From an uncultured Clostridia bacterium (GTDB taxonomy: Bacteria > Bacillota > Clostridia > TANB77 > CAG-508), in contig CALXPS010000006.1 of NCBI GenBank assembly GCA_944390405.1, positions 1 through 59,344 on the forward strand: DNA of 59,344 nt. The letters run 5' to 3'. Shown piece by piece: positions 8,789-18,298 of this stretch (within the stretch, counting starts at the first letter, position 1; each line of letters begins with the position of its first letter). Position numbers and translations under genes: made by a program. Under the pieces are notes generated by a model, which did no database searches, was not told the DNA's origin, and saw only the letters and a program-made list of their open reading frames with translations.

Positions 8789-10678
8789 TTAATTCTTATT
8801 CTTATTTCTTATTTTAATTGATATAACCATTCCTAATATAGCAATACTCAATAATGCAATATAAACAATAATATTATCTCCAGTAACAGGATTCTCTACA
8901 TTATCTCCAGTAACAGGATTTTCTACATTATCTTCATTACCTTCTATACTATTATTTAAAGTGTCAACATAAGTAATTGCATAAGTAGAATATTTGTCAG
9001 AACTAAATGTTAAAGTTCCATTTTCATTATAAATAGTTTCTAATTCTTCAGCTACACCATCGTGAACTCTAATAATTGTATATTTTCTTGTATATCCATC
9101 TTCAACTTTTGAAATTCCTTCAGGAATAGAAATAGTTATTTGAATTTCTTTATTTAATTGTGAAAGTTTTGTTATTTCAGTTCCTTGCTCATTCTTAATA
9201 ATTATATCAATATTATAATATCCTGCAATTTTTGCATCATTTTTTATAACTGCTTCAACTTTTGAAGCGTCTTCTGATATTTCCTCGCTATCAACTAAAG
9301 TACTATCTACATCAACAACTAATTTTTCACCATCTTTAACAGAGGTTTCAATAGCTTGTTTTTGTTCATCTGTTAAACCTGCAACTTCTTCGCCATTTAT
9401 TATTTGATTTACTATTTCATTTACAACTTGTTTAGTGTCATTAACTTCATCTGTATTTTCTTCTCCAACTATTTCATATACTACAACACTTACTTGTTTA
9501 GATGTTCCATTTGATAGACTTGCTGTTATTGTAGCTTTTCCAACTTTATTAGCAGTAATTTTATTATCTTTAATAGAAACTACTGAATCATCATTAGATG
9601 AAATTGTTAAATATTTTTCTAAATTGTTAGTAACACTTATTCCTAAATCTTTTGTTGAACCTTTAGACATAATAATTTCATTAGATTCTACAGATATTTC
9701 TCCTGTTTTTTTAACATCATATCCTGAAGTTGTTTTATATGTAGAATATCCTGATGCAATCTCATCTTTTACATCACAATTATATGTTCCACCTGTTATA
9801 TTCTTAGAATAGTCTTTTTTATCCATAGGATTTTGTACTTCTGTCAAATTTTTAAATGTACCACCAGTAATTGTTAATGTTCCTGTTGTGTAAGTTCTAG
9901 TAATGTATTTAGCATCAAAATCTCCACCAGATACATTTAATTTTGTTGCTTCATATCCTTCTGTACCATCACCGTTAAATAAAGAGATATCTCTATATCC
10001 TTTGTATTTACCTCCAGATATTGCTACGTCTCCTGTAACTTGAATTAGAGTACCTTTAACACTAGTAAATTCTCCAGAATTTATAATTGTTTTAGACCAA
10101 TCATCACTTTTAATTGTAGATGTAGTAGTATATTGTGTAAATGTTCCACCATCTATAGTTAAGATAGCAACTGGACTATTCCCTGTTGGAACTGGAACGT
10201 TTCTATCATTTTCACTACTAGTTTTACCATTATACCATCCATTAGCAATAAGACTAGAGTTTCCTGTGTTATTTGTGTCTTGAGTAAATACTCCTCCTTT
10301 TATTGTCATATTTGCTAAATTTTTAATAGTATACCATTCACTTGAATTATATGTACCTGATTCTATTGTAACTGTACCTCCAAGATTTACAACAGCACCT
10401 TGCGTACTATTTACTTTACTGCCTGAACCTCTTATTGTAGCTGTAGCTCCGCTTTCGACTGTAATAGCATCCCCATCTACTGTTAAATTATAACCATTTA
10501 AATCAATTGTAACATTGCTACCACTTTTTACTACAATAGCTTCTGTTGAATCTGCATTTAATGTGTAATTTTCATTAATTTCTGTTGTTGCACTAACGAC
10601 ATTTATACAACTTACAGCTATAAAACTAAGTGTAACAATTAACATTATTAATAATAATTTGTTTTTTACTCTCATCAT
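8789..10678 (-). CDS. Sortase-anchored surface protein (beta-helix-like repeats, Ig-like domain, NPVTG sorting signal)
   Basis: Signal peptide, repeated TI.GG.F units, C-terminal NPVTG (twice) + TM + basic tail; adjacent to srtB. Confidence 0.8.
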   Translation of the reverse strand: MMRVKNKLLLIMLIVTLSFIAVSCINVVSATTEINENYTLNADSTEAIVVKSGSNVTIDLNGYNLTVDGDAITVESGATATIRGSGSKVNSTQGAVVNLGGTVTIESGTYNSSEWYTIKNLANMTIKGGVFTQDTNNTGNSSLIANGWYNGKTSSENDRNVPVPTGNSPVAILTIDGGTFTQYTTTSTIKSDDWSKTIINSGEFTSVKGTLIQVTGDVAISGGKYKGYRDISLFNGDGTEGYEATKLNVSGGDFDAKYITRTYTTGTLTITGGTFKNLTEVQNPMDKKDYSKNITGGTYNCDVKDEIASGYSTYKTTSGYDVKKTGEISVESNEIIMSKGSTKDLGISVTNNLEKYLTISSNDDSVVSIKDNKITANKVGKATITASLSNGTSKQVSVVVYEIVGEENTDEVNDTKQVVNEIVNQIINGEEVAGLTDEQKQAIETSVKDGEKLVVDVDSTLVDSEEISEDASKVEAVIKNDAKIAGYYNIDIIIKNEQGTEITKLSQLNKEIQITISIPEGISKVEDGYTRKYTIIRVHDGVAEELETIYNENGTLTFSSDKYSTYAITYVDTLNNSIEGNEDNVENPVTGDNVENPVTGDNIIVYIALLSIAILGMVISIKIRNKNKN

Positions 10679-10906
10679 TTTCTCCTTTCATAAATTTAAA
10701 CTAATCATATTAAGTTTTTATGCAAAATATAAGATTTTATCCCCCCCCACAAAATTTTTATATAAAAAATAAATTTTTACATATGCATTATATCAAAGCT
10801 TAGGATAAAAAGCAAGTTTTTTTTATATTAAAAGCATAGTAATTTCATAAAAAATTATCCTGATTTTCAAAGCAATTTGTTAAATTTTGATTTTCCTTAT
10901 TTTATA

Positions 10907-13636
10907 CTACTTTCCACAGCAATTCTTGTATTTTTTACCCGAACCACATGAACATAATTCATTTCTACCTACTTGTGGTGCATCATTTTTTATTGGGGTT
11001 TTTGGGCCTGATTGTGATTTGTTTGGTATAGCTGTTTGTTGACCTCTTAGTCCTTCCCCTGTTATTCTTACAGTTTGTTTTCTTTCTACTTTTTGTACGC
11101 CTTTTAAGTGTGATAAGATTTTTACAACATCTATTTTTATGTCATTTATCATTTGGTCAAACATATCAAATCCTTCTATTCTGTATTGCACTACTGGATC
11201 TTTTTGACCATATGCACGAAGCCCTATTCCATCTTTTAATCCATCCATCGCGTCAATGTGATCCATCCATTTCTGGTCTACTACTTTTAGCATTACTACT
11301 CTTTCAAATTCTCTTATATTTTCTTCTCCTATTTCTTTTTCCTTTGTTTCATAATTTTCTATTACTTTTTTGTATAGATTATCTATTATTTCTGGTTCAT
11401 TATCTGGTAAGTTTGTTACTTCCAAATTTAATATTGTTTTTGCCTCTGTAATTACTCCTTCTTTTTCTACTCCAATATCTGTTGCATGTGTCTCTACAAT
11501 TTGTTCTATTACAGAATGCATCATTTTTTGTATTTGTTCTTTTAAGTTTTCTCCATCTAAAACTTCTCTTCTTTGTTTGTATATTATTTCTCTTTGCGTA
11601 TTCATTACATCATCATATTGCAATACATGCTTTCTCATGCTAAAATGCTGTCCTTCTACTCTTTTTTGAGCATTTTCTACTGTTTTTGAAAGTATTCCCA
11701 TTTCAATTGGCATGTTTTCATCTGCTTTTAAAGTGTTATACACACTGGTAATCATATCCCCACCGAAGATCTTCATTAAGTTATCATCTAGTGCTATATA
11801 AAATCTTGATTCTCCTGGGTCTCCTTGTCTTCCACTTCTTCCTCTTAGCTGATTATCTATTCTTCTTGATTCATGTCTTTCTGTTCCTATTATTTTTAAT
11901 CCGCCAGCTGCTAGCACTTTTTCTTTTTCTTCTTTTATTTCATTTTCAAATTTTTGTTCATATTTATTAAATGTTTTTCTTGCTTCTAATATCTCTTCAT
12001 CATTTGTTTCATTATGTGCATTTGCTTGTTCTATTAATTCATCTGAATATCCTTGTTTTCTCATTTCTTGTTTTGCTAAGAATTCTGAATTTCCTCCAAG
12101 CATAATATCTGTACCACGACCTGCCATATTTGTTGCTATTGTTACAGCTCCATATTTTCCTGCTTGTGCTATTATTTCTGCTTCTTTTTCATGATATTTT
12201 GCATTTAACACTTCATGTTTTATTCCTTCTCTTTTTAATATACTACTTATTTTTTCTGAATTTTCTATTGATACTGTACCCACTAACACTGGTTGACCTT
12301 TACTATGACTTTGTTTTATATCTTCTACAACTGCTCTGAATTTTGCCATTTCATTTTTATATATTATATCATTTAAATCTTTTCTTATCATTGGTTTATT
12401 TGTTGGTATTGTTATAACATCCAAGTTGTATATTTCTCTGAATTCTGCTTCTTCTGTCATAGCTGTACCTGTCATCCCTGATAATTTATCATACATTCTA
12501 AAATAGTTTTGGAATGTAATTGTTGCTAATGTTTTAGATTCATTTGCAATTTTTACATTTTCTTTTGCTTCTATTGCTTGATGTAAACCATCACTATATC
12601 TTCTTCCATACATTATTCTTCCTGTAAATTCATCTACTATTAACACTTCTCCATCTTTTACTATATAATCTATATCTTTTTTCATTATTCCATGTGCACG
12701 TAATGCTTGATTTATATGATGTACTATTTCTGAATTGTCGATATCATTCAAATTTTCTAATTTAAAAAACTCTTCTGCTTTTTTTGTTCCTTTACCTGTA
12801 AGTGTTGCAGATTTTGCTTTTAAATCTATTATATAATCATATTTTTCATTATCTTCTGCTTGTTCTAGATCTTTTGCATCTTCTTCTACTAAAGTTTTTG
12901 CTTTTAATCTTTTTACAAAGTCATTTGCTTGTTTATACAAGTCAGAACTTTGTGCTGCTGTTCCAGAAATTATAAGTGGTGTACGTGCTTCATCTATTAA
13001 AATACTGTCTATTTCATCTACTATAGCATAGCTTAATGGTCTTTGTACCATTTCTTCTTTGTGTATAACCATATTATCTCTTAAATAATCAAATCCATAT
13101 TCATTATTTGTTCCATATGTTATATCTGCCGCATATGCTTCTTTTTTCTTTGATGGTTCCATTCTTGAAATTACTAAACCTACTGTTAATCCTAAAAATT
13201 TATATAGTTTACCCATCCATTCGCTATCTCTTTTTGCTAAATAATCGTTTACTGTTACTACATGAACTCCCTTCCCTGTAAGTGCATTTAAATATACAGG
13301 TAAAGTTGCAACTAATGTTTTTCCTTCTCCTGTTTTCATTTCTGCTATTCTACCTTGATGAAGAATAATTCCACCTATTAATTGTACATCGAAATGTCTC
13401 ATTCCCAATACTCTTTTTGAAGCCTCTCTTACAACTGCAAAAGCTTCTGGTAAAATATCATCTAATGTTTCACCTTTTTGCAATCTTTCTTTAAATTCGT
13501 TTGTTTTTGCTTTTAGTTCAGTATCTTTTAATTTTTGTATTTCTGTTTCCAAGCTATTTATTTTATCCACTATTGGCATTACTCTTTTAACTTCTTTTTC
13601 ACTATATGATTTAAAAATTTTACTAAAAATTCCCAT
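10907..13636 (-). CDS. secA: Preprotein translocase ATPase SecA
   Basis: [26 protein letters not shown] and C-terminal SEC-C motif. Confidence 0.99.
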   Translation of the reverse strand: MGIFSKIFKSYSEKEVKRVMPIVDKINSLETEIQKLKDTELKAKTNEFKERLQKGETLDDILPEAFAVVREASKRVLGMRHFDVQLIGGIILHQGRIAEMKTGEGKTLVATLPVYLNALTGKGVHVVTVNDYLAKRDSEWMGKLYKFLGLTVGLVISRMEPSKKKEAYAADITYGTNNEYGFDYLRDNMVIHKEEMVQRPLSYAIVDEIDSILIDEARTPLIISGTAAQSSDLYKQANDFVKRLKAKTLVEEDAKDLEQAEDNEKYDYIIDLKAKSATLTGKGTKKAEEFFKLENLNDIDNSEIVHHINQALRAHGIMKKDIDYIVKDGEVLIVDEFTGRIMYGRRYSDGLHQAIEAKENVKIANESKTLATITFQNYFRMYDKLSGMTGTAMTEEAEFREIYNLDVITIPTNKPMIRKDLNDIIYKNEMAKFRAVVEDIKQSHSKGQPVLVGTVSIENSEKISSILKREGIKHEVLNAKYHEKEAEIIAQAGKYGAVTIATNMAGRGTDIMLGGNSEFLAKQEMRKQGYSDELIEQANAHNETNDEEILEARKTFNKYEQKFENEIKEEKEKVLAAGGLKIIGTERHESRRIDNQLRGRSGRQGDPGESRFYIALDDNLMKIFGGDMITSVYNTLKADENMPIEMGILSKTVENAQKRVEGQHFSMRKHVLQYDDVMNTQREIIYKQRREVLDGENLKEQIQKMMHSVIEQIVETHATDIGVEKEGVITEAKTILNLEVTNLPDNEPEIIDNLYKKVIENYETKEKEIGEENIREFERVVMLKVVDQKWMDHIDAMDGLKDGIGLRAYGQKDPVVQYRIEGFDMFDQMINDIKIDVVKILSHLKGVQKVERKQTVRITGEGLRGQQTAIPNKSQSGPKTPIKNDAPQVGRNELCSCGSGKKYKNCCGK

Positions 13637-13728
13637 TTATGTACCTACCTTTTATATTTTTATCTATACATTTATATCACAAATTATCATATCTTTCAAT
13701 ATGTTACATAGAATTAAGTAAAAAAGGT

Positions 13729-13922
13729 GTTACTATTCAATCTAAATTAATTAATAGCACTTTGTAGCCAAAAGCAGGAATTATATGTTCTTTTCGAAAG
13801 AAAATAATCAAACAGCCTGCTGCTCAACTCGTGACCCGCATTGACCTTTTGATTTTTTCTTGAGAAAAAACATATAATTTTTGCTTTTGGCGGATTATAT
13901 GTCTTTAGGTCTGAATGGTAAC
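13729..13922. mobile_element. MITE copy 1 (194 bp) with 8-bp target-site duplication
   Basis: TIR GTTACTATTCA...TGAATGGTAAC; flanked by AAAAAGGT on both sides; long internal hairpin. Confidence 0.9.
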
Positions 13923-13938
13923 AAAAAGGTGTGGTTGT

Positions 13939-14478
13939 ATGTTTGTTTATAATGTTAAATTTAATAGTAAAAGCATTGTAAAATTTTCTCTTATTATTAT
14001 TTCAATTATAGTTGTTATATTTTTTCTCATTTCGCTTTATAAGATTTTAAGTAGTAGTTTTACTGTAAGTGATGAGGTTCCTGAACCTGATGTTGCGTAT
14101 TTAAAAGTAGAAGAATATACTAATGTTTTGAAAAGTGTTTATGAAAATTTAGATACATATGTCGGTCAAAAGATTAGCTTTTCTGGATATATTTATAGAA
14201 ATTTAGATTTTTCTGAAAACCAATTTGTTCTAGCAAGAGATATGATTGTAGAAGGTAGCACAAAAACATTAATTGTTGGTTTTTTGTGTTCTCATAAAGA
14301 GGCAAGTAATTATGCAGATGGTAGTTGGGTTGAAATAACTGGCGAAATTACTAAAGGTAACTACCATGGTGAAGTGCCAATTATTCGCGTAAATAAAATT
14401 AAGCAAATAGATAAACCAAGTAACGAATATGCTTATCCACCAGATAGTACCTATATACCTACTAGCATTATATATTAA
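13939..14478 (+). CDS. Membrane-anchored DUF1980/YcgQ C-terminal-like protein
   Basis: TM helix, then YVGQKISFSGYIY...FVLAR...GSWVEITG; probable ATG at 13939. Confidence 0.6.
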   Translation: MFVYNVKFNSKSIVKFSLIIISIIVVIFFLISLYKILSSSFTVSDEVPEPDVAYLKVEEYTNVLKSVYENLDTYVGQKISFSGYIYRNLDFSENQFVLARDMIVEGSTKTLIVGFLCSHKEASNYADGSWVEITGEITKGNYHGEVPIIRVNKIKQIDKPSNEYAYPPDSTYIPTSIIY

Positions 14479-14505
14479 AGAAGTTTAAAGTAGGCAAACC
14501 CTGCT

Positions 14506-15384
14506 TTAAACTTCTTTAAATCCTTCTCCAAAAACCTCTCTTGCATTTGTTATTATTATGAATGCTGAAGAATCTATATCTTCTATAATTTTTCTGGCCT
14601 CTCTTATTTCTGCTCTTGACATTACACATAACAATATATTTTTCTCTTGTTTCTTATACATGCCTTTTCCATATAGAGCTGTGCTACCTCTTTTTAATTC
14701 TTTATTTATTGCATCTGATATTTGTTCCCATTTTGGTGATATTATTAACAGCATTTTTGCAAAATCTATTCCTTCAAAGAATATATCTAATATTTTTCCC
14801 ATAATATATATTGCAAGAGCTGAATATAATGCAATTTCTATATCTTTAAAGAATATTGTATTTGCTATAACTATGAGTGTATCAAATATTATCATGAGTG
14901 TCCCAGTTTTCATTTCTGGGTTATATTTTCTTATAACATTTGCTAGTAATTCTGTTCCTCCTGTCGAACCATTTGCTTTTAACACAATTGCTGTTCCTAT
15001 TCCCACAATTGTTGAGCCATATAAGCATGCTAGAATTCTATCATCTGTAACAGAATTTATTTTTTGAAATACATTTAAAAAATAAGATAATAAGAATGTA
15101 CCTATCACTGCATTTATAAAAAATTTTTTTCCAACTTTAAAATAAGCAATAATAAATAAAGGAATATTTAATACTAACATTGTGGTTCCTACAGGTATTT
15201 CTGTTATATAATATACTACTGTTCCTATACCTGAAAAACCACCTGTTGAAAGCTGATTAGGCAATAAGAATTGTTCTATTCCTATTGCCATAATCAATGT
15301 TCCTATAGTCATCTTTAATAAATCTAGCGAGAATTCTTTTGCCTTTACGATATATCTTTTTGCTCTAAAGTTCATATTCTTCAC
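14506..15384 (-). CDS. YitT family membrane protein
   Basis: FLLPNQLSTGGFSG, GSTGGT and C-terminal REVFGEGF motifs. Confidence 0.9.
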   Translation of the reverse strand: MKNMNFRAKRYIVKAKEFSLDLLKMTIGTLIMAIGIEQFLLPNQLSTGGFSGIGTVVYYITEIPVGTTMLVLNIPLFIIAYFKVGKKFFINAVIGTFLLSYFLNVFQKINSVTDDRILACLYGSTIVGIGTAIVLKANGSTGGTELLANVIRKYNPEMKTGTLMIIFDTLIVIANTIFFKDIEIALYSALAIYIMGKILDIFFEGIDFAKMLLIISPKWEQISDAINKELKRGSTALYGKGMYKKQEKNILLCVMSRAEIREARKIIEDIDSSAFIIITNAREVFGEGFKEV

Positions 15385-15414
15385 CTAATTTATTATTTAC
15401 ATTTTTATAGATTA

Positions 15415-16653
15415 TTATGCATTTTTTGCCATATACTCCTCGTATAGTTTTTTTGCTGTCTCTGGACAATCTGTTCCATCTTTATTTTTAATAGGTGCAA
15501 AGTCTTCTTCTCTTTTTCCTCTTAAAATTGCTATTTCATCAAATAGGCAGAAGCTATCAAATATAAATTTTTCGAATTTATAACAATTTTCCTTTTCTGG
15601 AACTACAAGTTCTCCTTTTTCATTTATATATTTTGCTTTTTTTTCTGCTACATGATATTTTAATTCCTTTGTGCTTGCTTTCTCTATTGCCTCTATATTA
15701 TATAAGTTACACATTATATGAGATTCACCATATATCATTTCTCCATATTCATCTACTGCTAATCTCATTTCATTTTGAAGTTCAGTATATTCAATTACTT
15801 TTACTTTACCATTTTTTTTGCACAATACTCCAACTCTTTCATATGGACTATTTTTTACAATTGTTCTTGTTGCAATTTTAACATTCTGTTTTATTGCTAA
15901 GCCTAGTAAAAGAGTATCTACATATTTTACTAATAAATTATCTACTGAACCGATAAATACCCATTTAATATTGTTCTTTTTCATCTCATCAATTATTCCA
16001 TTTTTAGCCATTGAGTAGAATATTCCACCATTTCCGTCTGATGCTAGTTTTATTAAACCATCTTCACCTAATATTAATTTTCCTTGTTTGTTTAATAATG
16101 GTATTTCACCTTGCTTGAAAAATTCTATATACTGCTTTGGATATCCAAAATAGTTCTTTTTTTCAAAAAATGATACAGTTTCTTCATTATTTTCTGGGCT
16201 TGTCATAATATAACATTTTATAAATACATTATACTTTTTTTGTGCTTCCTTTAATTTGTCAACAACAACTTCAAATAGAGATTTAACTTTTGAATTTAAC
16301 TCAATTTCAAAAGTTCCCTTAGGTCCTTGGTGCCCTAATCTAGTGCCTTGCCCTCCTGCCATTATTGCTATTGCAAATTTACCAGATTTAACAACATCTT
16401 CGCCTGTTTTTATATATTCATCTATCTGCTTTTTATCAATTTTTTCTGGATTAATTGCTTTTACTGGTTTTATATCTTCTATATTATTTATTACATTTGT
16501 TTTATGTATCGCCTGCTCATATAATTCTTGCAATTGTTCAAAATCAATTTTTAACACTTGGTCTGCTAATTCTTCTGTATTTACATTAATATGTCCTTGA
16601 CCATATTTTTCTAGTATTCTTCTTGCTTCTTCTATTTTTTTCATATCTAGCAT
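15415..16653 (-). CDS. UDPGP-family (UAP1-like) UDP-N-acetylhexosamine pyrophosphorylase
   Basis: MAGGQGTRLG...PKG, DGNGG, VDN, KFEKFIFD and FAPIKN motifs. Confidence 0.88.
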   Translation of the reverse strand: MLDMKKIEEARRILEKYGQGHINVNTEELADQVLKIDFEQLQELYEQAIHKTNVINNIEDIKPVKAINPEKIDKKQIDEYIKTGEDVVKSGKFAIAIMAGGQGTRLGHQGPKGTFEIELNSKVKSLFEVVVDKLKEAQKKYNVFIKCYIMTSPENNEETVSFFEKKNYFGYPKQYIEFFKQGEIPLLNKQGKLILGEDGLIKLASDGNGGIFYSMAKNGIIDEMKKNNIKWVFIGSVDNLLVKYVDTLLLGLAIKQNVKIATRTIVKNSPYERVGVLCKKNGKVKVIEYTELQNEMRLAVDEYGEMIYGESHIMCNLYNIEAIEKASTKELKYHVAEKKAKYINEKGELVVPEKENCYKFEKFIFDSFCLFDEIAILRGKREEDFAPIKNKDGTDCPETAKKLYEEYMAKNA

Positions 16654-16712
16654 TCTCTCCTTTTGAAAAACATACTTAAATACTATACCACTTTTTTTGT
16701 GTTTTGTCTATA

Positions 16713-16905
16713 GTTACCATTCACTCTAAAAAAATTAGTAGCACTTTGTAGCAAAGAGCAGGTATTATATGTTCTTTTCGAAAGAAAATAATCAAACAGC
16801 CTGCTGCTCAACTCGTGACCCGCATTGACCTTTTGATTTTTTCTTGAGAAAAACATATAATGCCTACTCTTTGCGGATTATATGCTTTTAAGTCTGAGTA
16901 GTAAC
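16713..16905. mobile_element. MITE copy 2 (193 bp) with 8-bp target-site duplication
   Basis: TIR GTTACCATTCA...TGAGTAGTAAC; flanked by TGTCTATA on both sides; core near-identical to copy 1. Confidence 0.9.
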
Positions 16906-16980
16906 TGTCTATACCCTAAATTAGGCTAAAATTGTTGACATTTTTTTCCCTTTATGTTATTATTTTTTTAGGTGATTGAA

Positions 16981-17136
16981 ATGGAAGAAAAGAATAATGA
17001 TATTGAAGTTGTTCTTGATGATAATGGAGAGAATTTAGAGATTTCTCCTGTTTATGAGCATCTTAATGTTGCTAAGCCAAAGCCTAAAGAGCATAAAAAG
17101 AATATTATTATACCTGAAGTTAAAAAGAAAAAATAA
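16981..17136 (+). CDS. Small hypothetical protein (51 aa)
   Basis: RBS AGGTGA; MEEKNNDIEVVLDDNGENLEISPVYEHLNVAKPKPKEHKKNIIIPEVKKKK; below the ORF track cutoff. Confidence 0.7.
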   Translation: MEEKNNDIEVVLDDNGENLEISPVYEHLNVAKPKPKEHKKNIIIPEVKKKK

Positions 17137-17152
17137 TTTTTTTGTTTTTTTA

Positions 17153-17181
17153 TTGACAAAATGAGGAAAAGTATGTATAAT
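17153..17181 (+). promoter_or_regulatory. Consensus sigma-A promoter of tRNA-Met
   Basis: TTGACA-N17-TATAAT. Confidence 0.85.
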
Positions 17182-17193
17182 AGAATAGTTCAT

Positions 17194-17270
17194 GGCGAGA
17201 TAGCTCAGTTGGCTAGAGCATTCGGTTCATACCCGACAGGTCGGTGGTTCGAATCCACTTCTCGCTACCA
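17194..17270 (+). tRNA. tRNA-Met (CAT), elongator type
   Basis: Cloverleaf GGCGAGA...TT-CAT-AC...TTCGAAT...TCTCGCT-ACCA. Confidence 0.95.
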
Positions 17271-17272
17271 AT

Positions 17273-17304
17273 AAAAATAGTGTGCTATGTGGCACACTAT
17301 TTTT
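17273..17304. terminator. Bidirectional terminator between tRNA and tmRNA
   Basis: AAAAATAGTGTGC-TATGTG-GCACACTATTTTT. Confidence 0.8.
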
Positions 17305-17342
17305 GTTATGGTTTGATGTCAATATCTATAATCTTTTATATT

Positions 17343-17697
17343 TGGTGGAGATGGAGGGAGTCGAACCCTCGTCCAATATTCTATTCATATAAACTTCTAC
17401 GAGTGTAGTTTATTATTTAAAATTCCCTCTAATCTAGGCAAATAAACACGCCTATGATTTTTGGTAGCCTTTAATTACCCATTATTCACAAGGCAATGAA
17501 TAATTTCGTTTCCTACTTTAATCGACGCCTTATCTGTACCAGTAGGCCTTACAGTAAGACGACGTTGCGACTAGGCAGCGTATGCTAATTCTTTATCAGC
17601 GTTTATTTTTATTTCGCTTTTTTTAAGTGGCCAAAGCGACCATCCACTACTCGCTATTCATACTTCAAAAATACTGTCGAAACCAAAATACATCCCC
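17343..17697 (-). ncRNA. ssrA: tmRNA
   Basis: 5' GGGGATGTA...GGTTTCGAC, 3' GGTTCGACTCCCTCCATCTCCACCA; tag ORF ADKELAYAA-TAG. Confidence 0.96.
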
Positions 17698-17709
17698 ATG
17701 TACATATAT

Positions 17710-17738
17710 ATTATACTACTTTTTTTTAATTTGTACAA
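17710..17738 (-). promoter_or_regulatory. tmRNA promoter
   Basis: TTGTAC-N17-TATAAT. Confidence 0.65.
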
Positions 17739-17795
17739 TAAAAGAGAACTAAAAAGTTCTCTTTTCTAATATATTCCTTAATTTGTTGAATATGA

Positions 17796-18125
17796 CTAGT
17801 TGTTTGCTTTATTCTTTTTTCCAAATGTTATGTCTTGGAATAAGAAGTTTTTAAACCCTTGCCATGTTACTTCTTGATGTAAGAATTCATTTATTTCGTC
17901 TTCAATTTTTTGTTGATATGGTGTTAATTCTACTTTTATCTCATAAGTTAAAATTCCTCTTAGTTTAGACCAAAATGATTGTTTTGCTGGTAGATTGGTT
18001 TTTGTTTCACATACCTTAAAAGTAGAGTTTTCTGTTCCATTTCCACAGTTTTCTACTGTTCCACCATTTTCGCCTACTTCTCCACCATTTCCTTCTAACG
18101 GAATAAATTTTGATACTTCTTTCAT
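17796..18125 (-). CDS. Hypothetical protein (~109 aa)
   Basis: RBS AAGGGAGG before ATG 18125; Gly/Glu/Asn repeats then an amphipathic C-terminus; terminator at 17740-17765. Confidence 0.7.
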   Translation of the reverse strand: MKEVSKFIPLEGNGGEVGENGGTVENCGNGTENSTFKVCETKTNLPAKQSFWSKLRGILTYEIKVELTPYQQKIEDEINEFLHQEVTWQGFKNFLFQDITFGKKNKANN

Positions 18126-18259
18126 TATTTTTTCCTCCCTTTTAAAGTATTTTCGAGATTTTTCTTTAGTATTAATCATGAGTGATAAATCTCTTACATC
18201 TTCATATAAATTTATACTACATTTTTAATCAATAATCAATAGTTTTTTACAATATTTTC

Positions 18260-18298
18260 TTTACATTTTTGTTACAATATTGTTACATTTTTGTTACA
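18260..18298 (-). promoter_or_regulatory. Four tandem TGTAA(C/A)-N5 boxes (OmpR/WalR-type operator array)
   Basis: Minus strand TGTAAC-N5-TGTAAC-N5-TGTAAC-N5-TGTAAA upstream of TTGATT-N17-TATAAA (18239-18211). Confidence 0.55.

Noticed and set aside
13729-16905. Repeats as a CRISPR array or riboswitch
   Set aside because: No repeat-spacer periodicity and no cas genes; TIRs plus TSDs indicate a MITE
17194-17270. tRNA as a frameshift-suppressor tRNA explaining CGGR decoding
   Set aside because: It has a normal 7-nt loop with a CAT anticodon; any relevant tRNA-Gly must lie outside the window
17343-17400. tmRNA or tRNA-Met 3' end as a prophage/island attachment site
   Set aside because: No integrase and no duplicated 3'-end sequence found in the window
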